NCBI RefSeq assembly: GCF_009914755.1
Contig: NC_060927.1
Direction: 5' to 3' (one strand)
Source of the DNA: the human T2T-CHM13v2.0 reference genome, Homo sapiens
Length of the DNA: 64,000 nucleotides
The position numbers were made by a program, and so were the translations under genes. Below the pieces are notes generated by a model that made no database searches, was not told the origin of the DNA, and saw only the letters and a list, made by a program, of their open reading frames with translations. This document shows, one piece after another, positions 52,831 through 64,000 of this stretch (its first letter is position 1; each line of letters starts with the position of its first letter).

Positions 52831-54959
52831 CTCACCATCTATGATTTTAGATAACTTGAATTCAAAATCTGACTTTAAAGATCATTTTAAACTTTCAGTT
52901 ACTTATATTGACTTGGTGAAAATTGCACCATTAAGGTAATAAACTAACTTTATTTATACTCTCAAAAATATCTGTTCTAGAGTCTAGATGACTGGATCTC
53001 TTTAAAAAGCTATTTTGCCTATTTTAATAATAACATTACTAAATATTTACACAAAATTTCTTCAAATAAGATAAAAGTAACCAAATAATTCATATTTATT
53101 TTACTCCTCTGGATTCGGCCAGTGAGTAGATTACACGTGTCACTCTGGTAAATGACATACATTACCTGGCTTTCTTGTTTTTCTACTTGACATCAACATG
53201 CCATAGAATGAAAATATACTTTCTTTTTAAAGACAAAAACATTTTAGAAAGTTTAAAATATATTTTGGGATAATGCAGCATTTAAAATATCCATAAAATA
53301 TCATTTCTCCAGAGATATGATATGAATATTCTTTCTTTCCACATCAAACCAAATTCAGAATAGTATACTGATCATCAAATGAGCATTTTCTTCTAATCCA
53401 GTCTGTTGGTAAAGTAATTGTTCTTTGTCTTTAATATACATTGTTATATATTATAACTAAATAACATTCTTCGGGTCTTTGTGATATTGTGTAAAAATGA
53501 CCCATACACAGGATTTTGGTTGTAAGAGAGTTGTCTTAAGGAATAACAGCACAGTATGAATACTGAGCAACATCACTTTAAAGTATCTTAATACTGTTTG
53601 AAAGACATGGGAACTTTTAAATTTTTAACCTTTTAAGTGAAACCAGATAAATGTGTGTTTTATTTATGTAGGCCCTATTTTATTTCAGAGAAAATATGAT
53701 ATAATTAAAGGATGTGGATATAAAGATATCAGAGATTTTTTCAGTGATGTCTTGATCAATCAATCACTGTCATCATATCATTGTGAGTATTCTTAGAATA
53801 TCACTACCTTCATTTGTATTTTTGTTCCTTATATTAAAATAAATTTTCAAGTAAAACTTTCCAATATCCTGAAAATAACTTACCTTTACGTTTAACAATT
53901 ACATTCCTCCCCACTCAAAAAAAAATCTCATTTGGAAACTGGAAAAAATTTCACTTATAACATATGAAGAAACATGCTGTGCTTTAGGAATTAAGACATA
54001 CTGCCTTTTAGTCCTTGTAGCTCTCAATTACAATCAAGAAATATTTCTATAGCACCTTCGCAATGAACACAGCTAACTCTTCTGTAAATTGATAATGGCA
54101 ATCCTTATGTGATACAACAGACAGGTGACACTGACAAAGTCTGTTTTTAAAAATATATGTTATGATAAATTCTTAAATACAAAATATTTGTAAAGCTTTA
54201 TTTTATACATTACTGTAGCTTTTATGATTAATATATTTTGAAATGACTTTCTAAGGGTAGAATATTATTTAAAATTAAAAGCTGAAGTAACATTGGGTTT
54301 TACTGTTTGGGAAGCATGGTTCCTTCCATGAAAAAGCACAGTCCTCCATACTAAACACCATCCTTTTAAAACATGGTGTTTTTTTTTGTTTTGTTTTAAC
54401 TCAGTATTTTTATAAATTAATATTAAGTTTCTTGACTAGATTATAAATAAGTCTCTGTGAAGCAAAAAAAAACAGTGAAAGAATAAATATGGAAAGATTC
54501 CAAGCAACCTTCAAATTTAAAAATCTAATTAATTAGAAGTTATTAAGAATTTTTATTTATTTTCTTTCAGTCACTCAATGCAATTCCTTGCATCAGAGGA
54601 TAATCATTCAGCCCAGGGAAAGACCAATACCCCCACTTCTGTTCCACACACCAAAAACAAATAAACATAGAAATAAGCAACTCAAAGAAATCTAAGCAAT
54701 TTACACACACACACACGCATTATACATGTATATATAGATACATAAATATAAAGAGAGAAATGCTCAACAGACTGACTTGGCAACCTAAATGTAAGAAAAA
54801 GAAAGACAATTTTTGAGTTTTATAATTTGAATGGGATATTGAATAGCCTTGGAAATTTCGGCTTCAAAGAAAACGGGAATAGATATCAACAGCCAAAGAC
54901 CAATGGCAAAGAGAGTATAGACGGAGATCATGAACAGAACTTTGTAAATTCTAGTACTA

Positions 54960-55735
54960 TAGTCATGTGCTATGTGATAACATTTTGGTCAACATGTGTA
55001 CAATGGTGGTCCCATAAGTTTAAAATAGAGTTGAAAACTTTCTATCACATAGTGATATCATATCCATCTTAATGTCATTGATATGGTTTGGCTCTGAGTC
55101 CCTACCCAAATCTCACCTTGTAGCTCCCATAATTTCTACGTGTTGTGGGAAAGACCCAGTGGAAGATAACTGAATCATGGGAGCGGGTCTTTCCCATGCT
55201 GTTCTCATGATAGCGAATAAGTCTCATGAGATCTGATGGTTTTAAAAACGGAGTTTCCCTGTACCAGCTCTCTTTTTTTGCCTGCTGCCATCGATGTAAG
55301 AAGTGACTTGCTACTGCTTGCCTTATGCCGTGATTGTGAGGGCTCCCCAGCCATGTGGAACTGTAAGTAAATTAAACCTCTTTGTCTTCCCAGTCTCATA
55401 CGGGTATATCTTCCCAGTCTTGTATGGGTATGTCTTCATCAGCAGCATGAAAACTGAGTAACACAATCGTAATGCAACACATTATGTTTCTTATGTTTAG
55501 ATATGTTTAGATAAACACAAATACCATTGGGTTATTATTGCCTACAGTATTTAGTACAGTAACATGCTGCACAGGTTTGTAACCTAGAAGCAATAGGCTA
55601 TACCACATAGCCTAGGGATGTAGTAGACTTTACTATCTACGTTTGTGTAAGTGCACTCTATGATTGCATAATGACAAAAAGCACTGAAGCTCACATTTCT
55701 CAGAATATATCTCCATCTGTAGTGATGCATCACTG
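54960..55735 (+). mobile_element. Tigger3/MER7 relic split by THE1
   Basis: TIR-like AGTCATGTG...GCATCACTG with TA flanks; internal CAGTAACATGCTGCACAGGTTTGTA. Confidence 0.85.
55079..55465 (+). mobile_element. THE1 (B-like) solo LTR
   Basis: TGATATGGTTTGGCT...GAGTAACACA with a degenerate TSD GTCAT/ATCGT. Confidence 0.92.
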
Positions 55736-58700
55736 TATACATAAGAGACCCTAGTCACTATCATACCTAGGGAGAAAAAAGGATAAAAGGGAGATCAAAA
55801 ATATCTTACTTGACTTAATGGCATTTCAAATTACTGAGGAACCATTGGAATGAAAGACATTTCCTAAATTTAACTAAAAGAAGGTTTTTAAGTTTTAGTA
55901 GAATAGGGGCTTAAGTTAGAGAAAATAAATTTTTGTTCATATAATTTATGGTTTTTGCACTTTACTTCTTATGCTGGGCAGAATTTAGAAGAGACATTTT
56001 CCCAAAATATAAAGTGCTCAAAGTGAATAAATTTGAGTACACAGCTTTACATTCCAGGAGATATTTAAAAACTCGTCAATATTTGAACAATAACAAACTG
56101 AAGTAAGCAAGCAAATTTTGGATAGCAGTGGGAATAAAAAGTTTTAGAAAATGTTGCTTCATCAGTAGGGATAAGAATCTATATTATTATCCATAGATGC
56201 CATAAATAAGATATAGGATATTTTCATGTTATATGTTTTACTTATAGCCAGGTAATTTAACCTAAGTCATGGTTCATGTTCAGTTTATTTAGAAAATTTT
56301 CACAAAGATGTGCATTTTGTACTTCCAGTGAGTGCATAAAATAGATTTAAACCTGCCATAAATACAGCAGAATAAAGGGAATTATGGTTAATGGTCTTTT
56401 ATATGAAATTGCGCAACAGCATCTTAAGCAAAAAATTCTATCTACACAGCAAAATAATATCTCAAACTGTAATTTAAACAAGTATAACAGTTAACTGGTG
56501 ATTGATGGCAACGTTCAAAATGGTGTATCAACTCATACTCTAAACTTTACCTTTAACACACTAATCAGGTTTGACTTTATAGACTACACCATAGAAACTG
56601 TCAAACCTAGCTAAACCATCAAAGTGATCTGGTTTCTATTATTTGAAAAAAGCACATTGAAATGGCACACATTCACTTAATAACGTTAACTTTTAGGTAA
56701 ACATTGGCATTTTTCTATTAAGACGTAAGAAGCATAGAGCACTAAGAGGACTCAGCATTCAAACTGAAGTTATTTAGGACAGAAACTCACGTACAGCCAC
56801 TTAGGCCAAATAAGTGTAAAGAAGAGATAAACAGGCTCTGCTAATGTTAGAAAGTCATTTAGGACCCAAGTCCCTAGGGTGAATTTGGGAAGCAATTTAC
56901 TGCAATATTTTCACTATGTTGATTCTATAATTCACAAGGAGAACAATACAGGAAGAACTAATGTAATTGCTTTGAATAACTGTCTTAGTATTGACAGCCA
57001 ACTCACTCACCCAGGTTGTTTAATTAGCTTTCTATGCTTCGTTTTATATCATGGGTAAATACATTGTGAGAAAGTGGAAAAAAAGCTGACTCCTAATTAA
57101 CAATGAAGCAGGTATATGAAATTAAAATAGTCAACATATTGACAGGTATAAAAATTAGATACTGATATACAATGTTTAAGAGTTACCACCTGTAACATGC
57201 TCATTGGGTGACAAGCAATTAATTACATACATTATGTTAGAAGGAAAAGCCTAGATAGTGTCTCTGCGTTTGTTATGCCTGTGAATGGAATATTACAAGG
57301 GAATCAAAGAAAATGTGGAAATTAATTCTCTTTTAAATAGAAATCTTCTGCATTTAAGAGAGGTACTACAGATGTAAGAGAGAATGAAAAATCTGGAGAA
57401 AACAAATAGGTACCCTATAAGAATATCTAATAAATTTTACCAGGGAGTCTCTTTTTCTAAACACTCTCATTGAGTAGAAATAGGATGATTTTATAAAAGC
57501 CCCAACTCAACCCAGTTTGACAAATTCAACAGTACATTCTTGGAAATAGTGTATACTGTATATATTGTATTGAGTTGATGCATAAAACAATGGCATTTGT
57601 TTTTAACACAAACTTATGGTTAACATTGAAACAACAAAAATACATTTAGAAATAAAAATGAAGTTGAACTTAAATAGAAATGTAATTTTGATATGGTTAA
57701 GTTTCTTAAGTTGGCCATAATGTCAAAACTATAAAAAAGTATACAACATATTGAAATTTATTGTATTGTCGGTATTTAAAATCATCCGTGTATTCTATAT
57801 TTGTTCTTGATTTTCACAGATAAATATACACAGTAAACAATAACAGATGTCAATTAGCATAATTGAGTGTTCAGAAAAATAAAATTAATGCCTTTATTAC
57901 TCATAATGTATTCACCCAAATGTTTCATTAGCTTACTAATGTAATATTAATGAGGAAAATAACTAAATTGTGCTGGTCCCAACAACTGCGAATTGCAACC
58001 TAATCATGAAATCCTATTCCTCTGTCACTTAGTTTCTTCTGCACAGGTTTTCTCTAAGATTCTCATTCATTGATCACAAAAGAACAATTTGGGTTACTTC
58101 AAGAATTAATTAGACATTTGCATGAAAGTCACTAGAACAACCGTTCACCCTGTGAGTTCATAAAGCTATTTAATTTGCTCTTGTATTTTCATTCAGAGAA
58201 GCTGGCAACACCACAATAATGCACAGCATGCAGAGACAGTAGGCCAAATTTCTGAATGAATTGTTCACTTTCATTTACTGTGCTCATTTAAGAGGTTCAC
58301 ACACACTAACACCTTTTAACCTTACCAGTGACACAGCTGGGACACTCTTTACTCATAATGAAAGATGACTTTGAATAATGTTCTCCCTGTCAATCTTTGA
58401 AGACAGTTAAATTTACATTCTTCATTTGGGAAACTAGTTGAAGTGTCTTCTTCTGCCTTTAGACAGAATTCTAACATTGATTTATTTAATGCTTAATAAC
58501 TCATCCAATAAGTTAATTTCTTGTATTTTATTTAACTCATGTAGGGTATACGAATTAATCTGGAAACTAAAGTACACAGGATAAATATCAGATCAGACGT
58601 AAACTCTTATTTTTTAGTTAGAAGACTGCGTGAGGAATAATTTCATTCTACTATCATACTTTAAATTGGGGGGACATAAGGATGCATTTTATTAATAGTT

Positions 58701-60874
58701 TCCGTAGTTGTTGGCTGTTGTATCTTTCAACCAGTATGCAAACCTAAATGAGTCCTGCTATCACTCCCCACAAGACAACACTGCTTCAAAAGTGGCAATT
58801 TGACATGCAAGGACAGAAATCTAGTTTCTGATACTTGAATGTAATGACAATATTTTCTCTATGTCATGCCAACACCTGGGCCCATCTGTGAGGAGAGCAC
58901 TGTGCCATGCAGAAGGTACAATGTCATATTCAACAGCATGTGGATGCCAAGATGTGGAAGCTCAGAGTGATAGCCTGTGGAACTCATCAAATAACTGATC
59001 TTTTGTAAGAAAATCCTCTCAAGAGCGAGCAATGCCAAATGAGGGCCAAATGCTTCATTACGAGGCTTCACAGCTGCTGATGCTTGTGGGCATTCATACC
59101 ATCAAAGAACATTTTTCTTCTCTATTCCCTTTTCCAATCTGCCTGAAAGCTAGTCACTTTACATAAAGAAATAAAGGATAGAATTATTCTCGAAAGCCAA
59201 AAAAATTGATTTGTTGTTTTATGTAACAACATTTATAGATTTCTTAATATTTCTGCTAAATGGCAGATTTAACAATTAGTGATAATGTTGTTTTAATCAT
59301 GCAGTAACAATTTTTATAAATTCATCAAGAATTCTCTTGAGGGTAAAACATGAATGTTTTATATGTGTGTGGGTGTGGGTGTGTGAGGGTGTGTATAATT
59401 TTTAGATCGTAACCAGTAAACAAAGAAATATGAGAGATTTAATGTTTTGGAACTGGTTTACATATATATGGTCCCAGGTTTAAATAACAGGTACTGGCTA
59501 GGTGGAACTTGAGCATCATGAATGTGGCCAGTGCCAATATATGTTCAATGGGTTTAGTTTAAAGTACCTGCCATAGGCACTATCTCTATATTAGAAAGCC
59601 CTTTTTGTGTGGGAGGCACAGTCCTGTGTGAGAGGTTGAGCATTGAGAAAAAGGGTTGAAAGGGCTGTGTTTCTAGAAATTATATTGGGTAAAAAATTTG
59701 GTTCTTTATTTTTGAATAGCAAGAATAACTTTAAGATTCGTCTGAGGTATTTTTGGCTTTTTAATTCAATCATTTCTAAACCAGAGTTTCATGTTAACAT
59801 ATCCTCATTTCTCATGTTTGAAGATATTTGGGGTTTTATCAATAAGAAAAGTTACCTTTGGGGATTGCTGACCCTCTTCCACTCGCTGCAGTCTATGGGC
59901 TTAACACCAGTGAGTGGATTACCATAAGCTCAGATGTAAAGAAAGACACATACAAAACTCTCCTCATTTTAAACTTTCCCTCCAGGGGAAGCATGTATTA
60001 CCAACCAAATTAAAATTATCTTCACAAAGAATTAGTATTTATAAATCAAAGATTCCAGAAAGTTATTTCAGTCACCAATAAACAAAAATCACATGGCAAT
60101 AATCTACTGCTTTCCTGAAAATACAGTACTGACATTTTAATGATATTTATGAAACAATAAGCAAGTAGCCAAAGTTTCTGTTATAGTCTACTATTATACT
60201 ATGATATTCAGATTAACAAAGGACCTGCAATTGAGACACACAGTTCTGGGAACTTGGGTAGATTATTTAAACTATTTTTAAGCTAGATTTCTTCAACTGA
60301 AAATTAAAATAACCTTATACGGTAATGTTTGTAAAGGACTTAACACTGAAGAACACGTGGCTGTTCTCAATGCATGTCAATGCATGTAAATAATTAATAT
60401 TTTAAAGCATAAATTTATTTTGACCTTCATACTATCTTTTAAAGACAACATTTTGGGTTTTGTTCTTGGTTTAGAAATTAATATATGTTTGTTGCAAAAA
60501 TTTTTGAAAATAGAAAATAAAAAATGGAAAAAATAGAATAACCCATACTTATACAGTACTGAGGTTTTTACAGTATTATTTAATATGTTGCTTACAATGT
60601 TCATATCCTTCCTGAACTCCCCTTCAGAGAGGATCAATCAGAATATATAATTTTGTAGTTATGAAACCTATAATCTTTGCACAGGACAAAATAAACTTTA
60701 GGGTCATTCTGTCTTTATGTAACACTATCCTCTCCTAGGCAATGATTTAAATATTCTATATTATTTATGCAAGGATTTATGAAAGAGAAACTTTTGCATT
60801 TCATTCTGAAATTGTAAAAAAAATACACCTTTACCTAACTTTGTATCTGGTAATAGATCAATCTATTTATATCC

Positions 60875-60876
60875 GT

Positions 60877-60912
<36 letters not shown>
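60875..60912 (+). repeat. (TG)n microsatellite
   Basis: Read directly from the sequence. Confidence 0.95.
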
Positions 60913-60914
<2 letters not shown>

Positions 60915-61849
60915 TTACAGAAATAAAGAAACATTACTCAACCAAAGTAATTTTTAGTTAAAAAACTAGTAATTCTTACACACAGATCCAGTCTTTTTAT
61001 AATTTTAATATGACATTTTCTTAAATTTATTCCTGGTAAAAATTTCTTAACAAAAAGTAAAAATGTCATTTCAGTTCCAAATATGTTTACATCTGGTTGA
61101 GCACAGTGCTTCTGTTGATATCATTACAACTATTTAATGATATCAAGCTTGAGCCAAAATTCCAAGTAGCTGTGGAAAACAACATTAAACGTGCATTTGG
61201 TCATTAGAATATTACAGTCGGTGTGTATGAGCCTATACATCCCACAGGAATTGGGATGAAACAAGAGAAATTGATTGTGTTTTTTTATTTATATGTTTGC
61301 TTTTGCTTTGAAATTTTATATACTTATGATTGCATTAGTTTAGTGTTAAATATTAAAGAAAGCAAAAGTATGTCTAAGATTTGTTGAATCCAACTCTCAA
61401 TTATTCAGTCTAATGGAGGAGGGAGCTCATATGGATAACTGAAATTCATAGATGATAAAGATGTCAGAGAATAGTTGCTCACTCTCCTCACAGCTGCATG
61501 TACAGGAGCTGCTATTAAGATCAGTTTGAGTTTTCCCTCCTCTTCATGAACTTGGACAACTTCCAAGGGAGAAGACAAATGACAAAATGACAGGTAGCTG
61601 GAGGGTAAAGAGAAATACCAAGGTGATCTGAATAATCTATATATGAATAATCAGTACTAATAATTTAGTGGAGAAAATAGAGGTAACATTTAATTTTAAA
61701 AAATCATTTATTTTGATTGCTGAGAAAATGGGGGAAAAACAGGTTTAATCTTTACTAAACTGTAGTCACAAGTGACAGATATCAATCCATAAAATATTTA
61801 CTAAATCTTTTTGATGCTTATGAAATTTCAAAAGAAAAATGACTGTGTA

Positions 61850-62188
61850 GTGTCACAGAGAATAATGCAAATTCTGAAGACAGTCTAAGAAGGTTTCTAT
61901 CAGGTTCAGAACATGCTGTGCCAGTTAATTTCCAGCAGATCATTCTCTTTTCTCTTCGTCATACATCTGCACAATTGTCAATAAAAAGGTATAGCTTTCT
62001 GTATTTTGGGAGGGTCTTTATTTCCTTATGAAGGCTCCTGTGTCATATAAAACGTAGTAACTTAATTTGCATGCTTTTCTCTTGTGAATCTATTTTGTTG
62101 TTGTTGATGGTGGTGGTGGTGGTTTTACGGAGCCTTAGCCACGAACCTTGTGACTGGGGAGGAAAAGATATTACTTTTATCTCCTACA
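61850..62188 (+). mobile_element. MER34-like LTR fragment
   Basis: GAAGGCTCCTGTGTCATATAAAAC...TGCATGCTTTTCTCTTG...CTCCTACA. Confidence 0.7.
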
Positions 62189-62339
62189 GACTAAATCCCA
62201 TTTTGTCACAACTGTCCAGGTGACTTTGAGAAAATAACTTCATGATTTATATAATTTTGATATTGCAACTGTAAAATAAGAATACCCATATTTCTCACTT
62301 TATAGAGTTGTTGAGAGAATTAATGAAACTAATACATAT

Positions 62340-62905
62340 TGTATTATCTGTCGCTATGTGCCACACATTTAGCAGATTAAAGCAAACCATTTCACTATCA
62401 CAGTCTTCGTGGGTCAGGAGTCCATGTATTAATTAATTGGGTCCTCTGCTGAGGACCTCACTAGGCTGTGATCATGGAGTTTGCAGGCTGCATTCTCATT
62501 TAGTGGCCCAGTTGAGAAAGAATCTTCTTCCATGTTCACTCGGGTTGTGGTATAATTTATTTTCTTGTGGCTGTATGACTGAGAACTCTGGTTTCTTAAG
62601 AGTTTCTCGGCTGACTATTGTTAGGTTGCTCCTACAAACTGCAGTCACCTCCCTGTGATATGGTCTTGCAACATGGCCTCTTTCTCCTCAAATACAGCTA
62701 GAGAAAGTCTCTAGACAACAAGAAAGAGGCTTATATCATATCCTGGAATCTTGCAGGTAACATTTCACCACCTTTGACACATTTTATTGTTTAGAAGCAA
62801 GGTATAGGTCCTGTTCATACTCAAGAGGTGACAGTTGATTACACACACCCATAAACACCAAGGGATGAGGATGAGGGGGAGTCAGTTTAGCTTCTGTCTG
62901 CCGCA
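62340..62905 (-). mobile_element. MLT1 LTR within a MIR relic
   Basis: CACAGTCTTCGTGGGTCAGGAGTCC; ATTTTATTGTTTAGAAGCAAG; end TCTGTCTGCCGCA. Confidence 0.75.
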
Positions 62906-62959
62906 AAACAAATGGAACCATACTTAGGATCCAAATCATATCTAAACCTTACTGAGTAT

Positions 62960-64000
62960 TTGAGATTGAGGGCTCTGAATGGATAGTGTAATGGAATGAG
63001 ACTCTTGGGAACCTTGGGATTGGGTAGATATTTTTTCAAATAAGAAAGATGTTAATTATTTTGTTCCAGATGGAATACTGTAATAGACAGACTCAAAGGT
63101 GGCCCTTTCATGATTCCCAACTCTTGGTGTTAAAACTTTGGTGGACTCCCCTCTCCTTGAGTGTGACAAAGATTTGTGACTTGTTTCTATGCAATATACT
63201 GTGTTGAAAGTGAAGAGATGTCAGTTCCATAATTAAACTACATACCTAAAACTCTGTCTTTCTAGCTGGCTTGTAGACAGCCTCCTTGCTGGTTTGATGT
63301 AAGAAGCTGTGTTAAGAAACCTACATGGCATGTGTTAGTCTGTTTTCATGCTGCTGATAAAGAGATAGCTGAGACTGGGCAATTTACAAAAGAAAGAGGT
63401 TTAATAGAGAACTCATAGTTTCACGTGGCTGGGGAAACCTCACAATCATGGTGGAAGGCAAGGAGGAGAAAGGCACATCGTATGTGGATGGTGGCAGGCA
63501 AAGTGAGAGCTTGTGCAGGCAAACTCCTGTTTTTAAGCCATCAGATGTTATGAGACTTATTCACTATCATGAGAACAGCACAGGAAAGACCTGCCCCTGT
63601 GATTCAATTATCTCCTAGTGGGTCTCCCCCACAACACGTGGGAATTATGGGAGCTACAAGATGAGATTTGGGTAGGGACATGGGGCGAAACCATATCAGC
63701 ATGCAACTGCAAGTGGTCTCTGTGGCTGGCCTGTAGAGGCCAAAGGTGACCTGCAGGCAACAGCCAACAAGAAGTCAAGGCCTTCAGTTCTACAACCTTA
63801 AAGATATCAATTTTGCCAACAAATTGTGTGATCCTGAGAATGGATTCATCTCCAGTGGAGGTGCTCAATGAGAACATAGCCAGGCCAATACCTTGTTTGC
63901 TTCCTGTGGGATCCTAAGCATAGGACCCAGTTCAGCCATAGTGAATGCCTGAGCCACAGAAACATTCACATAATAAATACATGCTATTTTAAGCTGCTAA
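62960..64000 (+). mobile_element. MLT1 (E/F/G-like) LTR interrupted by THE1, running off the window
   Basis: CCCTCTCCTTGAGTGTG; CCTTCAGTTCTACAACC; ATAATAAATACATGCTATTTTAAGCTGCTAA. Confidence 0.8.
63331..63698 (-). mobile_element. THE1 solo LTR
   Basis: TGTGTTAGTCTGTTTTCATGCTGCTGATAAAGA...AAACCATATCA. Confidence 0.92.

Overview
This is AT-rich primate (most likely human) genomic DNA, roughly 60% recognisable transposon relics. I found no intact protein-coding gene, RNA gene or CRISPR array. Bases 1-19.1 kb are a nested retroelement stack. An ancient L1M is split by a MER4 LTR and by a near full-length L1PA15-17-like element. That element carries a deleted HERV-H/LTR7 provirus (TSD CTTAT), an Alu stub and a full-length L1PA8A (TSD AATAAAACCT), which in turn holds an AluSc. 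Bases 27.4-33.3 kb are an L1MA3 with AluJ, MLT2A1 and THE1 insertions and two junctions that look like insertion-associated deletions. The rest is unique AT-rich DNA with scattered Alu, MIR, L2, THE1, MLT1, ERVL/LTR16, MER34 and DNA-transposon relics. I did not find a convincing new biological system. The best unexplained signals are: (i) locally templated insertions, including a 161-bp inverted copy dropped into a hairpin and a 33-bp copy of an L1/LTR junction; (ii) TSD-less L1 and Alu junctions with missing host DNA; (iii) a CpG/CRE-containing promoter-like patch at about 37.6 kb, plus minus-strand splice signals suggesting an unrecognised minus-strand host transcript. Subfamily names come from recalled consensus sequences, not from a database search.
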